From Balanoglossus misakiensis (lineage: Eukaryota; Animalia; Hemichordata), in NCBI GenBank assembly GCA_040954595.2, contig CM082593.2:4791434-4855433 (forward strand): DNA of 64,000 nt. The letters are read 5' to 3'. A model generated the notes under the pieces. It worked only from the letters and a program-made list of their open reading frames with translations. It made no database searches and was not told the DNA's origin. The position numbers and the translations under genes are program-made. Numbering within the stretch: the stretch's first letter is position 1; each line of letters begins with the position of its first letter. Below, piece after piece: positions 23,914-35,240 of this stretch.

Positions 23914-24031
23914 CTGAAGTAGGTTAAGAAGGAAAGTAGGCATTTCAGAGATTGCTGCTTGAGCAGGCAGGGTGGGGGTGGGGGACGCTGAAGTGAAGAC
24001 AGAAAATGCAAGGGGCATGAAGAAAAGTTAC

Positions 24032-24067
24032 CTCTTCCATTTTCTCCATGACATCCTCATCAAACTC
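24032..24067 (-). CDS. ANK: Cassette exon (EFDEDVMEKMEE)
   Basis: 36 nt, phase 0-0. Confidence 0.75.
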
Positions 24068-24199
24068 CTGAGAAGGCAAAAGGGGGGCAAGAATAGAAAG
24101 GGTTAAAGATTAGTTGCCTGGGCAGGATCAAGAAGCTTTGCAGGCGCTGCCTTCAAATTCACAATCATACTTTTGACTTATCATGACTTTAGAAATTAC

Positions 24200-24256
24200 C
24201 TCCGTTCCAGCTGCGTCAACTATTTCCCACTCTTCATCTTCCTGTTCCTCAGTTTC
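24200..24256 (-). CDS. ANK: Cassette exon (ETEEQEDEEWEIVDAAGTE)
   Basis: 57 nt, phase 0-0. Confidence 0.75.
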
Positions 24257-24382
24257 CTATTTAGAAATTCGACAGTTTAGCCTGCAAGTCACGACTGTAT
24301 GATTTCAAACACAGACAAACATCAACACATGGGTGAAAACAGCACAGAACTGAACAAGGTATTAAATGCACAGGGTTATTAC

Positions 24383-24424
24383 CTGCGGAGCGGCCATGGC
24401 TCCCAGTATCTCTTCCTTGGGTTC
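24383..24424 (-). CDS. ANK: Cassette exon (EPKEEILGAMAAPQ)
   Basis: 42 nt, phase 0-0. Confidence 0.7.
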
Positions 24425-24791
24425 CTAGGGATGAATATTTGTAAGTTTAGGCCGGGATGACAGGACTGGATAATTACAAATCCAACACCAATAGACGCAA
24501 AGACATTCGGCCATTGTGTACACTCACTTTATTTTTCTAGTGTTTTAACTTGGGTGCATGTAACAAGATCTGAAGTGAATACATGACCAGGTTCAACAAA
24601 TTGATACCATGTTCACAAGGTGCGAGGGTAGATGTTACAAGTCTTAAACATTTATACGTTGTACCTTTGCCAATCCCATGTACAATACTGAAATGAAAAT
24701 CACCTTCCTCACTACTGAAATACATGTAACATCTGCCCAAACATTTCACAGTTTTTAACCGTTCATAATTCCTAGCCTGGCATTCAATTAC

Positions 24792-24866
24792 CTCAGATCC
24801 TTCAACAACTTCCCAAGACTCTGTTAATCTACGTTCGTCACGTTCTTCTTCTTCTTGTGGCGGTTC
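24792..24866 (-). CDS. ANK: Cassette exon (EPPQEEEERDERRLTESWEVVEGSE)
   Basis: 75 nt, phase 0-0. Confidence 0.8.
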
Positions 24867-25466
24867 CTGCAAGGCAATCTCATTCGGTTAGAACACAAAG
24901 TGATGATGTATGGCACACTAACTAAACTCAAGTCACCTGAACACTAAGACATCATTCTCATCCTCCAGACGTGTACTGGCATTTCTGATCATGGACGTAC
25001 CATGTGGTACATCCATGGTCTGATCAAGACAAAGCACTCTCACCAAAGTTAAAATTAATACACATTGATCAATGATCACTAGTCATTTCTTTAGTGGGGC
25101 TCTTTTGGGCACACCTTGGTTTTAAAACATATGGAAATTCTATGCAAATTGACTGTTTACTAGCCAAATGACATCTATCCCAAACAGTATGGATGACATC
25201 TATAAAATATGCTTTTATCTGGATATTTTATGCCTGTGAAAATGGTAACATTCTGATGGTAGAATTTAAGGGATGATTATGTCATTCTTTGAAGTTGATG
25301 TCACAACCAAATGCATTGTTTTCAAGTGACTTGATTTGGATCTACCCTTTCTGGGACCGTGGTCTCTCTCAGTGTGAGAGTGGACCGTCTATGGGGACAC
25401 AAGACTGAAGGTACACCAATAACAGGACACTGACACAACACAGATAAGCAAGTACAATATATGTAC

Positions 25467-25517
25467 CTCATCTGCTTCTGGGGCAGCGTCCCCTGGTTCT
25501 GTGACAACCGTAGTTAT
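25467..25517 (-). CDS. ANK: Cassette exon (ITTVVTEPGDAAPEADE)
   Basis: 51 nt, phase 0-0. Confidence 0.7.
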
Positions 25518-26605
25518 CTGTGAAGTTCAAAATCACAGGCAGATTTGATATCAGCTCTTTGGGTCCTGACCCAAGTTGCTAATACAAAGGCCAAGTGAGA
25601 AGTGAAACACGTTCACAGTTAAGCTCAGTGTTTCCTTAACAGGACTCACAGTATCCATATACTGTGATGACCGTGACAAGTTTTACAGACATTCTTAATC
25701 AGGCGGTGAATGTGTGTATCAATTTGCTGAACTTTTCTGTTGGTGTAAAAATCTAAGCATAAAATCAATTTTTTATAGCACTGATCAACTTGTACATCTG
25801 ATTTTGAGATTAAAATGGAACTTTAGACGTTATTATCAAGTGCCACCTGAAAAATGGAAACAAGTAGTACACCATTGCAGTTCATAACAGCCAGATTGAA
25901 TACACAACCATACCCAAAAGGCACATGGCTTCTTAACAAGTATTGAAAATACTCATATTGACAGAATAACAACAGATTGCAGAGGTATGAGCAGTACACG
26001 TTTGAAAACTTTCTGTTATGGTTTAGTCTAACAGCCACACTTTCAAATGCTCACTCATAGTATATCACACTTTAATCAAAAACATATCCAGGTATGGTTA
26101 GTTCATGTACAGGTCTCAACTGCAGTCAGGTTATCACTACAAAACTGTATGTGACATACATACAGAAATGCACAACAACACTATTTAAAACACTGGGTTT
26201 TGCAACATTCCAAAATCCATGGTATTTCAGCCCCCTTATACCAGTATTATTCTTTTTTCGCAGATCAAAATTGGAAACAATTTCATCTTTACATTCCTTC
26301 TCCATCATGTCCAAAAGGTTGAATTTGAATCAGAAACTTTCTTTAGAAAGATACTGGTTATGAAAGGGTTGATGTAGCCTAACAGTTTGACAGCACACAG
26401 GATTTACAGGTCAACTTTACTTTTTGCACAGCATTGCAGGAAAAAGAGAAGGGGTTGGAGGTATCAGTGATAGACACACAAGATAGAATCGTACAGCTAA
26501 AGGGAACACTGTCGGGGTGGACAACGAACTCGGCAAAAATACAGGTGGTTTGCACAGGAGAATTGTTCATGCTCAACGAACTCATTCATGCGGATCAGAT
26601 AGTAC

Positions 26606-26665
26606 CTCTACTCTAGTGTCCAGTGCTGGTGTTTCCTCGGTTGTTTCGTGGTGTGTTCGGATGAT
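26606..26665 (-). CDS. ANK: Cassette exon (IIRTHHETTEETPALDTRVE)
   Basis: 60 nt, phase 0-0, strong pyrimidine tract. Confidence 0.7.
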
Positions 26666-27141
26666 CTGGACAGTGACAGAGAAGAAGAGAAGAAAAGGTG
26701 GTGCAAAATGACAGGAAAGGGCAGAGAGAATGATACAAACATCTCTCATCAAGTTCCATTACACAGCAGCTTGTGGGTGTGCTGGTACATTTAGACTATG
26801 AAGATGCTGGGAGACACCAAAGGATCAAGGGCAGAGAATGGAAACCATAGAAGAAGGCAGTAACAGAAAATGGCCTTTTTGCTAAAAACGGCTGCACTAG
26901 TTTAAGACACATATGTATAGAGAAACAGAGACCGAAACTTGGTAACTCAAAGGCAACAGATTCCTGCCACAGCACTGTAGTAGAACCTAGCACATCCAGT
27001 GATGAGAGTAAGACCTCTTGTTCAAAGATGAAGAGAGCACAGAGACGCTCAGGCTGACAGACGGAGAAACAGCTGTTGTACGAAAATGCACCAGGTAAGA
27101 AATAAGACGCAATGCTGTACATAATGCCAGCTGATCAATAC

Positions 27142-27177
27142 CTGTGTAACTTCTTTTGTAACTACCTCCCTATGCAC
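27142..27177 (-). CDS. ANK: Cassette exon (VHREVVTKEVTQ)
   Basis: 36 nt, phase 0-0. Confidence 0.7.
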
Positions 27178-28039
27178 CTGAAAGCAAGAAATGGGGTGGG
27201 ATCAATGATGTTGCCATCAACCTGAATGGAAAGCTATCTTTTCACTGTACAACAGTGGCAAATAGGGACAACCTGCAGTACGTCAGAAGGTATTATCACA
27301 CAGGTTCACTGTGTAACTTCACAGATTGGTCTGATAAAGAAATATAATGAGCAGGATGCTTCTACGCAACATGTATGTTAACTTAATTACATTCCTCTTT
27401 CCTCTATAATTGTGCAAACAAAATATTACAAATAACATAATCACTGTCATAAAGGACAGTCAAAATAATATCATTTTTTCATCATAACAAAATACTCATA
27501 CATTACGCACTAACATACAATCACATATTTAGCATACCCATAAGATGTGTTTACACTACTAGATGCAAGATCTTAGTTGCACTTTAATCCAGTGACTTGA
27601 CTAGATCATTTCAAATAATATAAATCATATGGCATACAGTGCCGGATATATGCGGACGAGTATCTATTGACAACGGAAGCATTTACACAGACAATCTAGT
27701 CTAATTTTACATACAAGACAGATAAACGGAATTCAAAGTTCTAATCACATGCTCACTCTTTCAAACACGTAATTTGTGCAATGTGTATCAAATCAATAAA
27801 GACTTTCAAAGCAAGAATTGCCCAGAAAGACAGGGCAGATATTGTGGACCATAGTGGGCATGTGACTGTGAACTTGGAATCCACCTTACAGATACCGGAC
27901 ATGACTAATTAATTAGTTGCTGTTTCACAGTGCAAATTGCAGTACCCGAACAGCACATGTGTCCAGGCAGCAGTTGACATAACAGATAGTCATGCAGATT
28001 ACATGGCAAGGAGAGAAAATGGCAATTATGCAAAGATAC

Positions 28040-28090
28040 CTCGGTACGTCTTTCAGCGTCTTGGATTTCTTCTTGGAATTCAACATGTTC
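28040..28090 (-). CDS. ANK: Cassette exon (EHVEFQEEIQDAERRTE)
   Basis: 51 nt, phase 0-0, AG/GT flanks. Confidence 0.7.
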
Positions 28091-28602
28091 CTATTCATGC
28101 AAGCAAGGTTAACAGAGAAAACAGTCGAGGAGAAAAGGGGTTTGGGGGATGGTTACTTTTAATAATCCTGCTGATGAAGGAAACATTAGTGTTGTTTTTT
28201 GTTTTAATAATGCATATGCATAGAGTTAATGAGCGAGCTGCTTGTGAAGCTTATTCCTGGCTGTGTGAAAATGACAAAAATTATGTGAACTGGCGGGGGA
28301 GCAAGTTTCATGCCTGTTTGAGATAAATGTCACATTACTATTATACAATGAGCTTGCTAGTGGAAAAGGAAACAATAAGATATATGCTGGAAAACTGAAA
28401 TAAAATCTATAATGCTGTTTCTTTTTGAAAATATAAAATTTCATCTGCAAAATGAAATCATTTTCATGCAAAATATGGCAGAATTGGCAACAAAATATAC
28501 TTAATAATAATACAGATAAATGCGATGAACTTGCAAGAACTATTTTGCTTGCTTAAACAAAGTTAGCGTTCTCCTTTTTTGGTGATCGAGAGTTATTTTT
28601 AC

Positions 28603-28695
28603 CTCTTTCGCAATGGCGACTTTTTGATCTTTAAACTCCAGGGTTTCTTCAAATTCACACCTGTCCAGTTTATCCAGCTGGTCAAGGGCGGGTTC
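28603..28695 (-). CDS. ANK: Cassette exon (EPALDQLDKLDRCEFEETLEFKDQKVAIAKE)
   Basis: 93 nt, phase 0-0; read-through past the donor would stop at 28540. Confidence 0.6.
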
Positions 28696-29091
28696 CTGGT
28701 TATTAGTTGACAGATGGAGGATGGAAAATGGAATGGGCAACGAGAGAAAGGGGAGAGAGAGTCCATGATGATGAAGGTGATGGGCAGAGACGAGAGGATT
28801 ATTCATGAGCTGTAGTTGGACTACTTTTTTTTTATTAGATGGTGCAGAGGGTGATTTCTGAGAAATCAGTCACATAGTCATGACAAGAACTTTAACAGAG
28901 ACACGTGACAGAGCCAAGCACAGACAGAAAACAGCACTGTGAATATACACTACACGATTACACATTTACACAACACTGAACATCAATGCCAGCACAAACA
29001 AACACCTATCATCATCATCGTCCAGCCATCCTGCACTGTTTTCAAACCATCCTGCCCACACTGTTGTTAACAGTCATGTCCAGGTACTTAC

Positions 29092-29177
29092 CCCATCCAG
29101 GGTACCGTCCAGGGTCTCATCATGGGTCGCCCTGGGAGGTTTCTTGGGTGACTTCAGATCAGGTATATCGTCTGATG
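29092..29177 (-). CDS. ANK: Post-death-domain exon (SDDIPDLKSPKKPPRATHDETLDGTLDG)
   Basis: 86 nt, phase 1-0, good splice sites. Confidence 0.8.
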
Positions 29178-29381
29178 CTGAAACGCAAGAAAAGGGGTTG
29201 TGTTTCCATGGATTCTAGGGATTATGGCAAACAATTCACGCTCCAACTTGGTGACATTCAAATGGTACAGTGCCTTGCATGTTTGGCTTCAAACACTCTC
29301 CTGGGCAGTGCGTAATCAATACACACACACATACATCAGACTTTCAAGTATACAACCATGTCAGACGGTATTTCTGTTTAC

Positions 29382-29537
29382 CTTCCATGCGTGCTTTGTA
29401 CATTGCCTTCTCCATGTCTTTGTAGAAATCAATTGGATGTTCTTCATCTTCGATTTCAATGGTGTAGGATTTTCCGAGCAGTTCTCTTGCTAGATCTTCT
29501 TTGCCAGCTCTTCTTAGTGCTTCTTCCAGTTTGTCAC
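29382..29537 (-). CDS. ANK: Death domain exon 2 (GDKLEEALRRAGKEDLARELL...KARME)
   Basis: 156 nt, phase 1-1; LxxALxxxGxxDL motif. Confidence 0.9.
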
Positions 29538-29717
29538 CTATCAATGAGAATTTTATCAGGACAAGGAATTACATGAGTTGATCTTATTCTTATACATCTG
29601 AAATACTTCACTCCATACTTCAACCCATCAAGGCAAGTATGAAACTCACAAATTAATAAATATTTATCTACATATTTTTATCCAAGAGTTGACCATAGCT
29701 GCATATGATGCGTGTAC

Positions 29718-29924
29718 CTGTGGCATTCTTGCCAGCTCTTTCAGCCCACAAGTGGAGGGCAACAAAGGCTTGCTCGTTGACATTGTCATCATTTTCACTC
29801 TTGATTATTTCAATTTCTCTGTTGTTCAAGCCAAGCTCCCTGCCCAGCTTCGGCCAGTCCTGACCGAGTTTTTCTGCAAGGTGCCACAGGCGGATTTCAG
29901 CTCGCTCATGAGCACTGGTAGGAC
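29718..29924 (-). CDS. ANK: Death domain exon 1 (SPTSAHERAEIRLWHLAEKLGQDWPKLGRELGL...LHLWAERAGKNAT-G)
   Basis: 207 nt, phase 1-1; death-domain motifs LGxDWxxLxRxL and LxxWxxR. Confidence 0.93.
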
Positions 29925-30072
29925 CTGGATTTGGAAAAGATACAATTTACATAAGTGTTGATGAAGTCCTTTGGCTAAAACAGTGAGTATGACCATTAAT
30001 ATCCTGGTACTTTCAAATCACAATGGTTCCATACATTGGAAACTTTTTGCACAGAAAGAGGAGGTCACTTAC

Positions 30073-30113
30073 TGAGTACTGGATCCTGCAAGAAGGTGTA
30101 CTTCTGTCGAAGT
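30073..30113 (-). CDS. ANK: Pre-death-domain exon (LRQKYTFLQDPVL-S)
   Basis: 41 nt, phase 2-1; resembles ankyrin-G LRKRYSYLTEP; donor GTAAGT. Confidence 0.8.
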
Positions 30114-30320
30114 CTAATGGAAGCAAAGTTCATTTTGTGTGTATAGCTGGTCTGTGAAGGCAACAGAAATAGAGGGAGTAAGACTTGGATTATACTCGAC
30201 GATTGCAACTTTTGGCCTACCATGATAAATAATGCATGTACAGTGTAGGCTCCATCTGCAAAGGGTGATTACAGCTTGGAACATGGAAAAATGTGACACG
30301 CTCATGAAATGACAACTTAC

Positions 30321-30325
30321 CTGCC
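30321..30325 (-). CDS. ANK: Candidate 5-nt microexon GGCAG (phase 0-2)
   Basis: gtcttaattcag|GGCAG|gtaagt; would supply the phase shift needed before exon 30073-30113. Confidence 0.4.
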
Positions 30326-31990
30326 CTGAATTAAGACACCATAGTTTTGTTAATGTTTGTGACAGGTGGCATATTTGTTTTTTGCCAAAATCCGAGGTTG
30401 AACATGTGACAAAGCTTACAAGAAGCTGCAATGAGTTTGGCATTATGAATGTCTTAAATTTTCTTGGTTAGCTTCATGCTATGTGAATGAACTTGCGAAA
30501 TGTCATACACGTGTAAAGTGTAAGATACCAACTCGTAACTTAGGTAAACTAAACTTTTTAAATGATATTCCATAAATAAAATGCTGGAAATGGATCAGTG
30601 TATAGTATGTGTTTGTATGTTTAATCAACAGAAAAGTACTTTGTTTTCCAGTGTAAAAGTCAAGACTTGACATGTTGATGTGTATGTACATAATAGGAGA
30701 TAATTCTCACATCATTCCCACTTAGTTTTCTTTCTAATTCTTTGAGTAGAAATAATTTCCTTTTCCAATACAGAGAATGGGTTTGAGTGTATATGACAGG
30801 ACGTGCTGGGGCTAGATACGGGTAGACATAAACGAACACACACAAACAGTTGTACAGCTTAGAAACAAACAGGAAAATCACAGTAAACACTGCCACTGTA
30901 TAAACACAGAACAAATCTAGCTGTAACATCAATTGTCCAAAACAACATACTGACAAACACAAAACGTATCTAAGAGCTTAATGACAGATTCATTATGGAG
31001 GCCATGCTTGCCAGCAATTTCAGCCATTTCCTGACATCACAGCACACCATGACAATCTCAAAATCTACCCACACATACACACATTTCGCAGCACATACCA
31101 CTGTTTCAAAGTCATACCCTTCCACATTTGAAAGGTACTTGCTCAGATATTTTCAGTAGGAAACCATGAACCGTATCATTACTACATCGCAGAAAGACGA
31201 TATCTATATTTGTAGTGAGCTTCAACATCCTACAGTTACCATACAAAACATGTTCATCACTATACACATACATGTAGTGACTATATTTGGGGGCTTTGAC
31301 TTCATACCTTATCAAATTTTTGAATTCTCTGTTTCTTTTCCTACACAACCATGTGCAGCAAAAATGATTAGGGTGGAGAAAAAAAGAAAATGGACAGAAG
31401 ATTTTAGATGGTGCAGACAGTTAAAGAAGTGCTTGTGATGGTTAATCTGGAAATAAAGGGGGGAATTAGAACATGGAGTTTGGAAAAAGACTTACACCTA
31501 TGGAAATACATGTAATATACAAACCTGTTGGCATGCATTTGGTGAGGGTTTGGTTGATGTGTGACCAGGGCAATATGTTCTTAGTGTCTGTCATTATGCT
31601 GTGTCAACCACTTCTCAGTAAATCCAATCAAATTTTTTGATCACAGATATAGAAGGAAATTTAGACTATATATCAGGAAAGGCCAATTTCTTAGTACAAA
31701 ATTTCGTGGGTTTGTTCTACTATCATTGAAAACCTGTAGATGGCAAACATTTTTACTTTTTTTGGACTGACACCCCACAGCAAACTGACTTGGACACCAA
31801 AACAGAAATAAACTGAAAACTCTCGTCTTACCTGGGAATGGGTTCACATTGGATCAATTTACTAGAACTTTGCAATGTGGTTAAAACTGTGTCATAACTC
31901 AAAAAGACTAAATAAAAACCCATGCAAAGTCTGGAAACTAAACTACTCGGGTGTGTAGATGGGGGCTGTAGGCATTCACGAAATTCTCAC

Positions 31991-32017
31991 CTCATCAGCA
32001 AACTTTTGAAATTCCTT
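31991..32017 (-). CDS. ANK: Microexon (KEFQKFADE in phase 0, or RNFKSLLM-R in phase 2)
   Basis: 27 nt; ttctacag acceptor, GAG|GTGAG donor; frame ambiguous. Confidence 0.6.
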
Positions 32018-32694
32018 CTGTAGAATGGCCATCGACGTACAAGAAACAATACTACATTTTTAGTACTTGGAAACTAACTAATGACTACCCAGCTTTCTAA
32101 AAAAGCTAATAAGGACATCTGAGATGTTTATCTAAAGTGAACTATTGTAGTCAAAATTTATGACAACACAACACTGGCTTATTGTTGACAACAAACATCT
32201 CAGATGTTATCAGCAAGTACTTTAGCAGAAACACAGCCTCAATGATAATGCTATGAACCTTAAAACACATCCATGATTAATAAATAGAAAAAAATGATAA
32301 TTGCAAATGGTAAATTTTACTAAATATAAACAGCATTTTGCATAATTTTTGTCAACAAAAAGTAAAATGCTAGACTTCTGAGTTAGTGTTATACATTTTG
32401 CAATTCTGTAACATGCCACGATTACTGCCTACAGATATTTTGATAAGGATCCAATATGTCATTGCATTTTTAATTTTTTTTTTTTAAGTTTTGTAAAAAT
32501 AGATAATTCCTGTGCACAAACCTCTAGCCATAAATTCTCATCCTCCAAAAATTAATTGAAAAACAGAAAAATCATATTTTAGTATAAATAGACCCGATAT
32601 CATTGATACAAACACAGGATGAAACAGACCTTCTGGACACAATGAATTTTACCACAAAATTTCACTAAAGACGTTTGACTTCTCGCATGCTTAC

Positions 32695-32742
32695 CTCGAT
32701 GGCCATATCTTCGTCAATCGGAGTGAGTATATACATGTCAGT
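32695..32742 (-). CDS. ANK: Small exon (TDMYILTPIDEDMAIE if phase 0)
   Basis: 48 nt; tgttgtag acceptor, GAG|GTAAG donor. Confidence 0.6.
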
Positions 32743-33757
32743 CTACAACAGTTGTAGACAAACAGAATGGATAGACAGAATAGACAGATAGACAGAATGA
32801 AAGGCATTACATTTCATCTCAACAGGGCAATAATGGTGATTGCAAATCAGACAACAATATTGCACTGGTGGGACGAGAGTTCAAAGGTTAAGATTTACAC
32901 CCCTTCACAAGAGCCTAGATTGATACAGGGTGCTATAGGATAGAATCTGCCTGAATCAAATGGTTGAACTACACTTCTAGAGTCCTAATATGAATGGCTG
33001 TACCACTAACCTGCATGCAGAGTATAGACCTTACATGAAATGCAACTTCTTCAATATAGTCACGATATAACATCACATAAAAACATCACAAACACAACAC
33101 ATACAGACCACGGCATGCTTATTCACGACACAGTCACTTGTACAACAACACAGGAAAATGTTAATAATCTGAACGGATTCATCTGAGGAATATTAAAGTG
33201 CTGAAGGTTTGACATGGAATTGTTAGGTTATCATGATGTGTTTGGAAATTCCTAGGTGGGGATTTGGGTTGATAGGTTTCATTGCAAAAAAAAGTGTTGG
33301 TTAATGAAGGGATATTCGACTTTTTTTATCCGGTTCACTCTTCAGTAAATTTATGGATTGTTGCTTCCTGACAGTCCAACAGACTTTTCAAAGATCTGAC
33401 ATTTTTTTGTGCTTTAAAGACTTTCAATTTTATTAGCCCTTACTTAATAACCTGATATTATTCATCAGCGCCATGGAATGGCAATACAGGGCCACCGTAC
33501 ATTTAGCAAAGCCATCAAATGTGAATACAGAGACATTGTACACTCATCTTTACCATATAGATTCACTGTTTATCATTATGGTTGACCAAAATATGCAGTG
33601 CAGAAGCTCAAAAGTCAAAAATGTGGACACCAGGAAGAATGAACCAGGAATAATTTGGTCTACAAATGTGACATTACTCTAAAACAGTCTTTGAATATAA
33701 GGGGATGACTACTCCATGCACTATATCTGGCAATGCAGTACTCAAGAATTAGCATAC

Positions 33758-33781
33758 CGGTGTGAGAAGTTTTTCAGTTTC
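33758..33781 (-). CDS. ANK: Candidate microexon (ETEKLLTP if phase 0)
   Basis: 24 nt; acceptor ttttctaatttttaatggcag, donor CCG|GTATG. Confidence 0.45.
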
Positions 33782-34186
33782 CTGCCATTAAAAATTAGAA
33801 AATATCATTTTTTCTTTTAATTTCACAGAAAGCATTTCTTAACTAAAATGTTGCTTTAATGTTAAGCTCTTTTCATTCTTCAAAAAAACTTATGCTCAAG
33901 TATTTAAATGACACATTTAAAAGTTCTTCCTACATCTTCATCAACATTACTCGAGGGGGAATGATTTGCTTCAAAGTTTTCACTTTCATGGGACAAGCCA
34001 CTGTCTTCTGACATTCAGGTTATATTTTCAATGAAAGTCTCCAAAAGTTGTAAATAATTTCTCATGTGAAAGAATAATTGTCAGAAGACAGTAACTTTTC
34101 TCCCGATCAAAAGGCAGATAAAACATCAGATGAGATACTAAAAATATGAAGTCATAGATACAGAGTTTTAATGGTATGGTTTATAC

Positions 34187-34204
34187 CTGTTCCATCACCT
34201 CTCT
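34187..34204 (-). CDS. ANK: Microexon (REVMEQ)
   Basis: 18 nt; acceptor tctcttactctttgcgcaccctaacttcag, donor CAG|GTATA. Confidence 0.6.
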
Positions 34205-34500
34205 CTGAAGTTAGGGTGCGCAAAGAGTAAGAGAAATAGAGAAAGAGATACTGTATTAGTTAAGAAGTCAAAGAAAATACACCATTGTGTTCATTCTTTT
34301 TGATGGTCGGGCTTTGTGAATCAGACTACTCAATCAAGAGTCATGCATTCAGAATTGGAGGAAAGAACTCCAAATGGTTGAGGCTACACAGACTGGGGAA
34401 TCCTCCGCAGACTGGATGTAAGGAAACATAATCTCTTAATACACAATGGTGACTGATCCATCTAACAAGAGTAATAGAGAGATCTCATGGTAAGGTTTAC

Positions 34501-34509
34501 TCTAGAGAA
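34501..34509 (-). CDS. ANK: Candidate 9-nt microexon (FSR)
   Basis: Strong pyrimidine tract ctctttctttttcgtcgttcacccttag; weaker donor GTAAAC. Confidence 0.3.
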
Positions 34510-35219
34510 CTAAGGGTGAACGACGAAAAAGAAAGAGTTGAGTATTCAAGATGCGATGGAAAGATGAGACTACAGACTACAGGCCGGTTTGATCTCTAGT
34601 TCTATGACTCTCACACATCCACCATCTGAGGAGACTGAACACAGAAATCTTGCATACAACTAAATGTTCCGTGTCAGTGATGATATATATGAAACAAGTA
34701 CACATACATTCCAACTGGTCTGCACACAAATTACGTATACATGTACTATTATACAAATCTACACCTGAAATTCTGACACACAAAGCAAAACCAAAAAAAT
34801 GCAATGCAACGCACTTGCACACACAAAATCTGTAGACACAACAAAAGCAGCAATTCCCTAGATGGCTAAGGGAGTGGTTCTACAGCTAAAGTGACAGAAA
34901 AAAGATGCTAAACTAACGTTTCTATTTCACTGCTTGGCCCTATCATCCATCACATAATAAAATTATACCATCAAACTTTGGATGATTTAAAAGTGTTTAA
35001 ACATATTGTATCAGATGTATTTTCTCCATATTTCAGAGAATTACAAGACTCGTCTTGCAAAGTTCAGGCCAGGTCGTACTACATATGGCAGATTCCATTT
35101 GTAGTAGAGGGGTGACTAGGATAACATGCCAAGCAGTGAAAGTTTATGAAAGTCTCTACTCCAAAATATCGGAGAGAAATGAAATATGCAAATGTCTGTA
35201 GCTAGGTGCTAAACCCTAC

Positions 35220-35240
35220 CTCTCCCTTCTCCATCTCCTC
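35220..35240 (-). CDS. ANK: Microexon (EEMEKGE)
   Basis: 21 nt; acceptor ttcttgtttctttgccatggcaacag, donor GAG|GTAGG. Confidence 0.65.

Noticed and set aside
30711-31181. Possible exons 31118-31181 (open only as phase 2-0) and 30711-30811 (open only as phase 1-0)
   Set aside because: Splice-like flanks exist, but the phases do not fit their neighbours without further hypothetical exons, and the peptides resemble nothing in ankyrins.
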